Counted from the stretch's first letter, positions 20,262 to 27,928 are shown. The stretch: 32,000 bases of DNA from Xylella taiwanensis (GCF_013177435.1 NZ_CP053627.1:1530001-1562000), one strand, 5' to 3'. The notes: generated by a model not told the origin, from the sequence alone. Program-made: numbers and translations.

Positions 20262-22790
20262 TCACCGCGTCCTGACGACCTTCTTGCGCTTAGCAGACTT
20301 CCCACGTGGCACCCGGGGCGGCACATCCTGTGGAACCTGCTCACCCATTGAGCGCTCAACCAACCGGAAATCGATCTTACGCTCCTCCATGCTGGCTTTG
20401 AGCACCAGAACACGCAAACGATCACCAAGCCGGAACACACGACCACGGCGCTCACCTGCCAGCATCTTTCGAATCGGATCGAAGTAATAGTAATCCTGCG
20501 GTAATTGGGTCACATGAACCAACCCCGTGACCTTGGATTGCTCCAACTCTACGAACAGACCGAAGCTGGTCACACCACTGATCACACCATCGAACTCACT
20601 GCCGACGTGCCGTTCCATCCATGCGGCACGGTAGCGCTCATCCACCTCGCGCTCGGCCTCATCGGCGCGGCGCTCGCGGCTAGAACACTCCAATGCCAAT
20701 GCAACCATGTTACGCGGCGTATACAGGAAACGCTCCGGTGGCGCACCACTGAGAGCATGTTTGATCGCACGGTGCACCAAAAGATCAGGATAGCGCCGGA
20801 TCGGCGAAGTAAAGTGCGCGTAGGCATCCAGCGCTAAACCAAAATGACCGCGATTCTCAGCCGAATACACGGCTAGACTCTGGCTACGCAACAGCACTGA
20901 CTCCAGCAGCACCGCATCTGGACGCTCCCGGACCTTGTTCAACAGCTTGGTAAAGTCGCCGGGCTGCACCTTCCCCCACGAGGGCAAGCTGAGCTTGAAT
21001 TCTTTGAGAAATTCCAGCAAATCGGCGTATTTACTCTCCGGCGGTCGCTCGTGGATACGATACGGTGCTTGCACCGCCGCCTTGAGCAAAAAGTCTGCGG
21101 CCTGCACGTTGGCAGCAATCATGCATTCTTCGATCAGCTTATGCGCATCATTGCGCACCAACATCCCGGCCTGAGTCACCTCGCCGCGATTGTCCAGCAC
21201 AAAACGGACTTCCGATGACTCGAATTCGATCGCCCCCCGCTGTGCCCGTGCCTTGGCCAACACGCGATACAGCTGATGCAATTGTTGCACCTGCGGCAAT
21301 AACGCACCCAGGTGCGCCTGTGCCTCTGCATCGTCTTCACCCACGGCCCTCCACACCTGTGTGTAGGTCAAACGGGCATGCGAGTTCATCACCGCCTCGT
21401 AGAAGGACGAAGACTTCACCTTGCCCTTACGATCGATTTGCATGTCGCACACCAAGCACATCCTGTCGACCTTGGGCTTCAGTGAGCAAATGCCGTTGGA
21501 CAAGGTCTCCGGCAACATCGGCACGACGAAGCCGGGAAAATACACCGAGGTGGCGCGTTTCATCGCCTCTTCATCCAGCGGCGTACCTGGACGCACGTAG
21601 TAAGAAACGTCTGCAATCGCCACCACTAAGCGGAAACCACCACGGTTGGGCTCGCAGTACACTGCATCGTCAAAATCTTTCGCATCCTCGCCATCAATCG
21701 TCACCAACGGCAGCCCACGCAGATCCACGCGTCGGCCAACCATACTTGACTCTACAGTCAACGGCACCGCCGCCGCCTCATCCAACACCATCTGTGGAAA
21801 TACATGCGGTAACTGATGACCATGAATGGCCGTCTCAACGACCAGCGACGGAGTCAGTGCGTCACCAAGCACGGCCAGGATGCGACCGATCGCCGGACGG
21901 CGCGTGTCTGGGGGCACAACCAATTCACACACGACCAATTGGCCCTCGCAGGCACCGCCGATACGGTCCGGTGGGATCTGTACATTACGCTGTAAACGCT
22001 TGTCGTCCGGCTCGACATAAGCGATGCCCTGCTCATAGAAAAAGCGTCCGACCAGACGGGTCATCCGACGTTCCAAGACGCGGGCGATCTTCCCCTCGCG
22101 GCGGCCACGGCGGTCGATACCAGTGAGATTCACCAGCACCCGATCACCATGGATGACCTTGCGCATCTCGAACGGAGGTAAGAACAGGTCGTCCCCTCCC
22201 TCATCCGGCTTGAGGAAACCGAAGCCATCGGGATTGGCAATCACCGTACCAGCAATCAGGTTGACGTGCTGCACCGGAGCAAAACCGCCACGGCGGTTCT
22301 TGACCAATTGACCATCACGCACCATCGCACCGAGACGCCGCCCAAGGATGTCGATGCGATCGCCAAACCCGAACCGATCGGCAATCTCCTCAACCGTCTG
22401 TGGGCCATCGCACGCATCCAACAAATCGAGAATTGCCTCACGACTCGCAATAGGCTCAGCATAACGTTCGGCCTCACGTGCCGCATGCGGATCCTGAAAA
22501 GGCACTGCTGCCGCAGCCCGAGCTAGGCGTGGTGACGCTTTCCTAGAGGAAGACGCTGCGGGCGCATGTTTTAGGGGGGCTTTGCGTTGACGTAATCGCT
22601 TACCCGTCACGACTGCCGGCGGCGGCGGCGTGGCTGGGGACAACGTAGTGTGTCCCTGTTGTTTGCCGTCGGGACTCCGCTTCTTGTTCGATGTCACCTT
22701 AGATGGGGCCGAGACACGCTTTGCAGAAGAGATCGTGGTGGTACGTGCAGTCTGTGACGCCTGAGCGCCCTTGATAGTTTTTTTCTTCAT
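20262..22790 (-). CDS. rnr: Ribonuclease R (RNB family 3'-5' exoribonuclease)
   Basis: Present are cold-shock-like domains, the RNB core (LVTIDGEDAKDFDDAVY, VYFPGFVVPMLPE, HFGLALDAYAHFTSPIRRYPDL), an S1 domain and a short basic tail. The first 95 aa are a low-complexity basic extension. An alternative GTG start at 22505 aligns with the E. coli N-terminus. Confidence 0.93.
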   Translation of the reverse strand: MKKKTIKGAQASQTARTTTISSAKRVSAPSKVTSNKKRSPDGKQQGHTTLSPATPPPPAVVTGKRLRQRKAPLKHAPAASSSRKASPRLARAAAAVPFQDPHAAREAERYAEPIASREAILDLLDACDGPQTVEEIADRFGFGDRIDILGRRLGAMVRDGQLVKNRRGGFAPVQHVNLIAGTVIANPDGFGFLKPDEGGDDLFLPPFEMRKVIHGDRVLVNLTGIDRRGRREGKIARVLERRMTRLVGRFFYEQGIAYVEPDDKRLQRNVQIPPDRIGGACEGQLVVCELVVPPDTRRPAIGRILAVLGDALTPSLVVETAIHGHQLPHVFPQMVLDEAAAVPLTVESSMVGRRVDLRGLPLVTIDGEDAKDFDDAVYCEPNRGGFRLVVAIADVSYYVRPGTPLDEEAMKRATSVYFPGFVVPMLPETLSNGICSLKPKVDRMCLVCDMQIDRKGKVKSSSFYEAVMNSHARLTYTQVWRAVGEDDAEAQAHLGALLPQVQQLHQLYRVLAKARAQRGAIEFESSEVRFVLDNRGEVTQAGMLVRNDAHKLIEECMIAANVQAADFLLKAAVQAPYRIHERPPESKYADLLEFLKEFKLSLPSWGKVQPGDFTKLLNKVRERPDAVLLESVLLRSQSLAVYSAENRGHFGLALDAYAHFTSPIRRYPDLLVHRAIKHALSGAPPERFLYTPRNMVALALECSSRERRADEAEREVDERYRAAWMERHVGSEFDGVISGVTSFGLFVELEQSKVTGLVHVTQLPQDYYYFDPIRKMLAGERRGRVFRLGDRLRVLVLKASMEERKIDFRLVERSMGEQVPQDVPPRVPRGKSAKRKKVVRTR

Positions 22791-23079
22791 GACCGCCCAT
22801 GGTACCTCTGAGTACGCATCACGTCCGCTGAAACAGTCACCTTAGATAGATCCATCCAGCAAAAAATCATTAACAGTCTTATCTTGATCGTGGCGGTCAC
22901 ACCTGAGTCGGTCTCTCAGGCCGTGAAATTGATAGACGGTCCAGTGTCTAAAGACTCGCGAATAAATAAAGCTTTAGGCTATGTCTTCAGCATCTAATGG
23001 AATCCAAAACACTTCCACGCACTACTAGTGGCTGATGAAGACATAGGAAGGTTACGAATGGATATCGCACAGCAGCGTA

Positions 23080-23463
23080 TGGACATGACATCGAAGTTTC
23101 AACATCCGAACGAGCTTTTTTCAACCACTTTAACGCGCGTTATGAACGCTGTAGAAAGAGACTGCGCTGCCGAACATCAGAAGGATGGAGACGACACAAT
23201 GCAAATTTGCTAAGCGATCAGGCCATCGTTCTTTATCACCAACCAGTCGTCACCCAACGCTTCATGCATCCGCAGCTGCGCTGGCCTCCTCTTGGAAGGG
23301 ATGGCAGCAGTACGAAGCCATGTCCAGCCTCAGCAAGGATGATGGCTGCAATGCCATCCCCTGCATCCTGTGCTAGAAAACCACTTTTACTCTTTGACCC
23401 GCGATGTGCTGCACATGCTGCATCTGCTGCATCCGCTAATACATTTGGGCGCACACCCGGCAA
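23080..23463 (-). pseudogene. Possible Rrf2-family (NsrR/IscR-like) regulator relic upstream of rnr
   Basis: A 75-aa minus-strand ORF contains FLAQDAGDGIAAIILAEAGHGFVLLPSLPRGGQ (cf. the Rrf2 HTH ...L..aGlv.s.RG.gGG). Shifted frames downstream give fragments such as ALGDD and AVSFYSVHNAR. Synteny with the E. coli nsrR-rnr-rlmB order supports the call. The similarity is weak. Confidence 0.3.
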
Positions 23464-23632
23464 CGCACAGGCATGATGCGTCCTGTCAGCAAGCAGGACA
23501 GCACGCTTACCACCCTCTCTGCTTTTACGTTTGCTCCTGCTCCAGCATCGCCCACCCGTGCGCCATGCCTAACAACAGATGACGACTTCCGGTCATCCAG
23601 AACCAGTGATGCTGGAGTACTCCGTTGTGCCC

Positions 23633-23960
23633 GGAGCAGCATGCAGGATCGAACTTGCGTTCTTAACCATCACTTCGCAGTAGCCGGACTGCAAGCCACT
23701 TTGAAAGTGCTAAGCGTGCTGACAGACCGTCTCATAAGGAACGAACTGTTTGATTCGCCTGTGCATGGTGGGTTGTCGCCCCAATCGGCGACCTGGTTTG
23801 CAATCCCAAGGTTCAATGCACATAGCGTCAGTGCGCGCGGCCTTCAGGCCGCCGATTCCTTAACTCGGTATTACAACCATGCACCGTCAACCTCCTTCAA
23901 ATGCAGCACGTCATGTTAATGCGCATCAGAAGGGTACTCACATTGTGAGTACCATCAAAG
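23633..23960 (+). ncRNA. tmRNA (ssrA)-like relic or other structured-RNA fragment (hypothesis)
   Basis: ggagcagcatgcaggatcgaac resembles the tmRNA 5' end GGGGCUGAUUCUGGAUUCGAC. cttcgcagtagccg (23673-23686) would encode FAVA, as in ..NFAVAA-type tags. GC-rich hairpins follow (gtcgcc-ccaatc-ggcgac; gcggcc-ttca-ggccgc). No in-frame stop, PK1 spacing, T-arm or CCA end is visible. The region abuts the prophage remnant. Confidence 0.25.
23933..23953. other. 9-bp perfect hairpin at the left edge of the prophage remnant
   Basis: ggtactcac-att-gtgagtacc lies about 20 nt before the point where the truncated antirepressor frame opens (23972). Confidence 0.4.
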
Positions 23961-23971
23961 TAAATCAATAA

Positions 23972-24373
23972 CTTACGATAGTTTCCGAGAGCAGCCTATA
24001 TCGCCTTGTCCTACGGAGCCGTAAGCCAGAGGCTATTGCCTTCTCGGATTGGGTGACAGATGAAGTTCTCCCCTCCATCCGCAAGACGGGCCGCTATACC
24101 GCTACCGGCACGATGGTAGATGACAATGTGCTCTACGCCATCCGTTTTCTGTCCGGACACTTCAAGGGGCTGCACGAGATGGCCCGCGTCAACAAGGTGT
24201 CGCAAGCGCTGGCTTGGCTTGGGGCTAAGCGGATCAGCGGTGAGCTTTACGACCGCCTGCTTGACGGGATGCATGGCGGTGTCGGTCCGATAGAAAAGGC
24301 CCTTGACCCGCACATGGAACAGGCCGCGCAACGGGTGCTTGGCGAGCTGTACAGACCACGCCGCACGGCTTGA
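23972..24373 (+). pseudogene. 5'-truncated Bro-N / phage antirepressor-like gene
   Basis: The frame opens right after a TAA at 23969 and reads SESSLYRLVLRSRKPEAIAFSDWVTDEVLPSIRKTGRYT. This is the conserved C-terminal end of Bro-N domains. The first roughly 60 aa of the domain and any start codon are missing. Confidence 0.6.
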
Positions 24374-24389
24374 TACGTGTGGCAGCGTA

Positions 24390-24416
24390 GTGCGGCGTTG
24401 ATACCGCCGCACTTTT
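24390..24416 (+). terminator. Intrinsic terminator 1 (after the antirepressor fragment)
   Basis: The stem gtgcggcg (24390-24397) pairs with cgccgcac (24405-24412) around the loop ttgatac, followed by TTTT. Confidence 0.7.
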
Positions 24417-24485
24417 CCCCCTAATCTACGCGCCTGAGTGGTGATCCCGCACATTTGTTTTTGCCGCCATCGCGCGATTTCCCCC

Positions 24486-24517
24486 AAGCCCTGTACACCC
24501 GCAGGGCTTTTTTTATT
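24486..24517 (+). terminator. Intrinsic terminator 2
   Basis: The stem aagccctg (24486-24493) pairs with cagggctt (24502-24509), followed by TTTTTTATT. Confidence 0.75.
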
Positions 24518-24525
24518 GAGCACAG

Positions 24526-24546
24526 ACCGCCTCCGGGCGGTTTTTT
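24526..24546 (+). terminator. Intrinsic terminator 3, 19 nt before the endolysin start
   Basis: accgcc-tccg-ggcggt is followed by TTTTTTG. Confidence 0.75.
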
Positions 24547-24564
24547 GCGTTGCGGAGAACGGCT

Positions 24565-25074
24565 ATGAACCTAGGAACCGAAGGCATCGCCCTCATCAAG
24601 TATTTTGAAGGGTGCAAGCTGACCTCGTACAAATGCCCGGGTGGCAAGTGGACCATTGGCTATGGTGATACCGGGCCTAGCGTGGTGCCTGGTTTGAAGA
24701 TCACCCTAGAGGAAGCCGAAACGCGCTTTCACACCCGGATGTCTAAGGAATTCGTGCCGGGGGTGCGTCGGAGGCTGCGCGTGCCTGTCACCCAATATCA
24801 ATTCGATGCGCTGGTCTCGCTGGCTTACAACATCGGCTTGGGGAATTTGGGGATCTCAACGTTGCTGCGCAAGCTCAATGCGGGAGATGTCACAGGCGCG
24901 GCGGAGCAGTTCCAGGTATGGAAGCACGCCGCTGGGCGTGTCTCTAGAGGCTTGATCATACGGCGGGCCGTAGAACGGGTGTTGTTTGAAGGTGGGGATT
25001 GGCGCGCCGCAGCCAAACGCTTACATGCCGAAGCAAGAAAGCGCCGTGATGCAGTGAAGGACCGGTGTGCTTGA
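24565..25074 (+). CDS. Phage endolysin, GH24 lysozyme family
   Basis: MNLGTEGIALIKYFEGCKLTSYKCPGGKWTIGYGDTG matches the E-x8-(D/C)-x5-T catalytic-region pattern of T4/P22-type lysozymes. FDALVSLAYNIG is also present. GGAG lies 8 nt upstream of the ATG at 24565. No N-terminal TM (SAR) segment is seen. Confidence 0.9.
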   Translation: MNLGTEGIALIKYFEGCKLTSYKCPGGKWTIGYGDTGPSVVPGLKITLEEAETRFHTRMSKEFVPGVRRRLRVPVTQYQFDALVSLAYNIGLGNLGISTLLRKLNAGDVTGAAEQFQVWKHAAGRVSRGLIIRRAVERVLFEGGDWRAAAKRLHAEARKRRDAVKDRCA

Positions 25075-25393
25075 CCTGACCGACATGCCCCTGTGGAAGG
25101 AAGCCTTTTGCGTGGGCCTGGCGATGATGGCCGGAACGCTGGGCTATTGCATGCGCACGCTTGATGAAGGCGGGAAGCTGCTGTGTTCGCGGGTGTTGGT
25201 TGAAACCCTCAGCGCGGGGCTGGTGGGCTTATGTGTCATGTGGGGGTGCGACGCGCTCGATATGAGCCAGTCCATCACGTTCGCCACGGTCGGGGTGTCT
25301 GGGTTGATCGGTACCTCCAATAGTCTGGAGTTCATCCAACACGTCATCTCCCCAAAAATGAGTTCTAAAAAGAGACCCTCTGATGATCGTTAA
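25067..25393 (+). CDS. Class I holin, lambda S-like (3 TM segments)
   Basis: There are three hydrophobic helices and a charged C-terminal tail (KMSSKKRPSDDR). ITFATVGVSGLIGTSNSLEFIQHVI parallels lambda S [25 protein letters not shown]. Two candidate starts (GTG 25067, ATG 25085) overlap the endolysin stop. Confidence 0.7.
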   Translation: MLDLTDMPLWKEAFCVGLAMMAGTLGYCMRTLDEGGKLLCSRVLVETLSAGLVGLCVMWGCDALDMSQSITFATVGVSGLIGTSNSLEFIQHVISPKMSSKKRPSDDR

Positions 25394-25844
25394 ACGGATA
25401 CGCCGGATGCGTCAGCATCTGCCCAGTGTGCGGTTGCTGATCGAGTACACGATGATTGGGGCCTTAGTGGCGCTGATCGGTCATGCGGTGCTGGCGTGGT
25501 CTGAACGTAGCCAGTTAGCGCAGCGTGCCACGCACCTGGCGCAGCAACTGGCCCGTGTGGAAAGCACCTTGGAGCAGCAGATCGCGATTAACCGTGATCA
25601 GGATGAAGCGATTGCACGGCTGCGCTCCTTACGCGAGATCGACAGGCACGCCCTTGCGGGCCTGCATACGGATTTAAACCGGATCACCTCCCGGGACCGC
25701 GTTTTACGGCAGCGCATCACCCACCTGGAGCATTTGCACGATGAGGCTAAAACCTTTCTGGATACTGATGTGCCTGACGTGCTTGGGTGCCTGCTCGACG
25801 GGAGCACCTGTCAAGACGATCACGGTCGTCCAGAGCCGCGTTGA
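25383..25844 (+). CDS. i-spanin (Rz-like)
   Basis: An N-terminal TM helix (LLIEYTMIGALVALIGHAVLAW) is followed by a long coiled-coil-type segment. The gene overlaps the holin stop, in the canonical position after the holin and endolysin. Confidence 0.65.
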   Translation: MIVKRIRRMRQHLPSVRLLIEYTMIGALVALIGHAVLAWSERSQLAQRATHLAQQLARVESTLEQQIAINRDQDEAIARLRSLREIDRHALAGLHTDLNRITSRDRVLRQRITHLEHLHDEAKTFLDTDVPDVLGCLLDGSTCQDDHGRPEPR

Positions 25845-26061
25845 GGTGGCTGCCCCGCCACAGGAATTATTACGCCCTTGCGAGGAGCCAGTACTGCCGC
25901 GTGTGGCGACGGTGCGTGATGTGCTTGAGCATGCGCTGTCATGGCGTGTGGCCTATGCGCACTGCGCCGCTCAAGTGCGTTGTCTTGCGGCGTGGACCCA
26001 GGCGGCCAGCCGTGAGCAAGCCTGGCAGCCCGACGGGTGCGGCGCATTGGAGCCGGAGTGA
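25741..26061 (+). CDS. o-spanin (Rz1-like outer-membrane lipoprotein), overlapped architecture
   Basis: The gene starts in the +1 frame inside the Rz-like gene and extends past it. It has a signal peptide with the lipobox LGAC (MRLKPFWILMCLTCLGAC/S) and a proline-containing mature part with C-terminal Cys residues. Confidence 0.65.
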   Translation: MRLKPFWILMCLTCLGACSTGAPVKTITVVQSRVEVAAPPQELLRPCEEPVLPRVATVRDVLEHALSWRVAYAHCAAQVRCLAAWTQAASREQAWQPDGCGALEPE

Positions 26062-26065
26062 ACGC

Positions 26066-26599
26066 ATGTTGGACGTGCATATATTGACCCTGCCGGACAC
26101 GCCGGTGGCGTGGGTGCAGCAGCGTCGTGCTGCGATCGCGGCGGCGGTGGCCCAGGCCGGTTACCGGGTGGTCATTCACGAGTTGCCTGGAATCATCGGG
26201 CATATTGGCCGTGGCCGCGCCCGTGGCTACCGTCTGGGCACCCAACCCTATGTGACCTACATCGACGATGACGACGTGGTATTGCCTGGGGCGTTTACGG
26301 CCCTTGGGCCCGCACTGCACGCCGGACACGAGGCCATCGCCCCCGGAGAGACTACCGAGCAATCCGGCGTGCGGCGGCGCTGCCCCGGCCCGCATCATCT
26401 GATCTGCTATCAACGCTCCACGGCGTGCGGCTTTGATCACGCCGCCTGGCGGGTGTGCGGCGACCTGGCCTTCGCGCATACCACCCGGATGCACCCAGTC
26501 AACGACCACAGCTACGTCCATCGTCTGTATGAGAGTCCGGGCCGCCGCTTGCGCCGTACCCACTATCGCGAACTGATACAGGCCTGGGGACATGGCTAA
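26066..26599 (+). CDS. Small glycosyltransferase-like protein (GT-A type DXD motif); product uncertain
   Basis: The ATG at 26066 lies 4 nt after the Rz1 stop, with GGAG upstream. YVTYIDDDDVVLPGAF resembles the DXD region of family-2 glycosyltransferases. The track ORF start at 25787 is an upstream read-through, not the start. Confidence 0.45.
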   Translation: MLDVHILTLPDTPVAWVQQRRAAIAAAVAQAGYRVVIHELPGIIGHIGRGRARGYRLGTQPYVTYIDDDDVVLPGAFTALGPALHAGHEAIAPGETTEQSGVRRRCPGPHHLICYQRSTACGFDHAAWRVCGDLAFAHTTRMHPVNDHSYVHRLYESPGRRLRRTHYRELIQAWGHG

Positions 26600-27098
26600 C
26601 TTACTGGCCGATCCATCCCTGTGGAAAAGCTGGCAGGGCATGTTCTGGGGCGGCTACGTGGGCCCCCCGGCGGAATACTGGGATGCGCGCACGTGCGCTT
26701 ATTTCATGTATCCGGATGCCAGTGCGGGGGGCGTGTTGGAGATGCAGTTAGTGACTGCTCCGGCACCCGGGGATGTTGTGGCGGGCGAGTACGAACCGCT
26801 CACCGGCAATCCTGGCGGCGCAGTGCCGGTATTAGAGATGCACACCAACGGCAGCACAGCCACATTAAAAACCGTCACCTTCCCTAAGCCTTTCGGCAGC
26901 GCGCCGTACTTCATCAAAGCCAGTGTCACCGTGGTGCGCACCACCAATACCAGCCTGGTGGCCGAAAGTGTGAGTGGCGCATCGACGACCGCGGCCACGT
27001 TCAATTTTGTCACGGCTGACAGCAAAGAGAAAAACTCCGACGTGCTCACCTCTCCCATTCCGTTTCAGTGGTTGGCCTTCGGCAAGGTGCAATCATGA
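26592..27098 (+). CDS. Phage hypothetical protein, possibly the tail-fibre distal / receptor-binding domain
   Basis: The start overlaps the previous stop by 8 nt. The C-terminal half (VTFPKPFGSAPYFIKASVTVV...ATFNFVTAD...FQWLAFG) resembles small beta-sandwich tail-fibre tip or H-type-lectin-like domains. Confidence 0.4.
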   Translation: MANLLADPSLWKSWQGMFWGGYVGPPAEYWDARTCAYFMYPDASAGGVLEMQLVTAPAPGDVVAGEYEPLTGNPGGAVPVLEMHTNGSTATLKTVTFPKPFGSAPYFIKASVTVVRTTNTSLVAESVSGASTTAATFNFVTADSKEKNSDVLTSPIPFQWLAFGKVQS

Positions 27099-27928
27099 AC
27101 ACCGCGTTCGCGGCGCAACCACGTGTCGATCAGCCGGTGGTGGACAGCGCCGGACGGATCACCCCACCGTGGCGAAACTATCTGGCCCGGTTGAGTCTGA
27201 CCCAGGACAGCGACGCTTTACGGGCGTTGTACGAAACCCTAGATAAGACGGTGACCCAGATCAAAAACGGGCAGGGCTTGCAACTATCGATCCTGGGCCG
27301 ACAGTCCATCAATGCCGATGGGGTCGTGTCTAACGGCGTTGTGGTGCTTGCGCTGGTGGGCGATGAAGCGACCCCCGCCGCAGAGGCTTATTACGGTACA
27401 GACGCCACCGGCGAAAAAGGCTTCCACTCCCTTGGCTTCAAGTTGAACCGGCAGCGGGAGCCCAGCATCGCAGTGTGCGATGCTCACGCCACTGACACCC
27501 CTGCAATGTCGTTGCACGGCGGGGACGCAGGTGTACAGGCCCCGCCCGCATTGCAATTTCACCAGGGTGACGGTACGCACCTTCAGGCGCGCCCGGCGAG
27601 CGGGGGATCAAAGACCATCACCCTGCCAAACGCCTCTGGCGATCTGATCATTGATGCGCCTAGCGATAGGCAGCGTTACGTCCGGCAAGATGGCGGTTGG
27701 GTCGCTATCGAAACTGAGCCTGCGCCCGCATCCGATCCGCTGCCCGATGCAGTACGAGCACGGCGCGATCTGCTACTCAAAAACAGCAACCACTACATGC
27801 TGTTGGATGTCCCCCTCTCTGAAGCTAAGCGCACGGCATGGATGCAGTACCGCACCGCATTGCGCCAGATCACATCGCAACCTGGTTTCCCTTCCCAGGT
27901 GACATGGCCCGCTGCACCGCATCCGTAG
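27095..27928 (+). CDS. Tail-fibre-related protein with a tail-fibre-assembly (TFA/Caudo_TAP-like) C-terminus
   Basis: There is an ATGA start/stop overlap at 27095-27098. Motifs are GRITPPWRNYLARL at the N-terminus, YVRQDGGWV, and the C-terminal ARRDLLLKNSNHYMLLD....AWMQYRTALRQITSQPGFPSQVTWPAAP, typical of phage tail-fibre assembly chaperones. Confidence 0.55.
   Translation: MNTAFAAQPRVDQPVVDSAGRITPPWRNYLARLSLTQDSDALRALYETLDKTVTQIKNGQGLQLSILGRQSINADGVVSNGVVVLALVGDEATPAAEAYYGTDATGEKGFHSLGFKLNRQREPSIAVCDAHATDTPAMSLHGGDAGVQAPPALQFHQGDGTHLQARPASGGSKTITLPNASGDLIIDAPSDRQRYVRQDGGWVAIETEPAPASDPLPDAVRARRDLLLKNSNHYMLLDVPLSEAKRTAWMQYRTALRQITSQPGFPSQVTWPAAPHP

Larger units (their letters stand above)
23972..27928 (+). 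mobile_element. Defective prophage remnant (antirepressor fragment, lysis cassette, tail-fibre-related genes; no integrase, capsid or tail genes)
   Basis: Co-oriented, tightly packed or overlapping phage-type genes are visibly GC-richer than their surroundings. The first gene is truncated at its 5' end. Confidence 0.75.

Noticed and set aside
21215-22126. A 303-aa plus-strand ORF lies opposite rnr.
   Set aside because: It is antisense to RNase R. It is rich in Pro, Arg and Ser with no motifs.
23913-23926. ATGTTAATGCGCAT resembles pieces of both arms of a XerCD dif site, which might hint at IMEX-type integration.
   Set aside because: The arm-like pieces are in the wrong order with no 6-bp central spacer. 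ATGCGCAT is simply a short palindrome. I saw no full 28-bp dif-like sequence anywhere in the window.
24011-24523. A 170-aa minus-strand ORF spans the antirepressor fragment and two terminators.
   Set aside because: The plus frame shows the conserved Bro-N end motif (RSRKPEAIAFSDWVTDEVLPSIRKTG). The minus ORF would have to run through plus-strand terminator hairpins and has no homology features.
25820-26641. A 273-aa minus-strand ORF lies here, and the 5' extension (25787-26065) of the plus-strand ORF overlaps the spanin genes.
   Set aside because: The plus strand carries a coherent phage operon (Rz, Rz1 with lipobox, then an ATG with RBS at 26066). The minus ORF is an Arg/Pro/Ala-rich shadow in GC-rich DNA.
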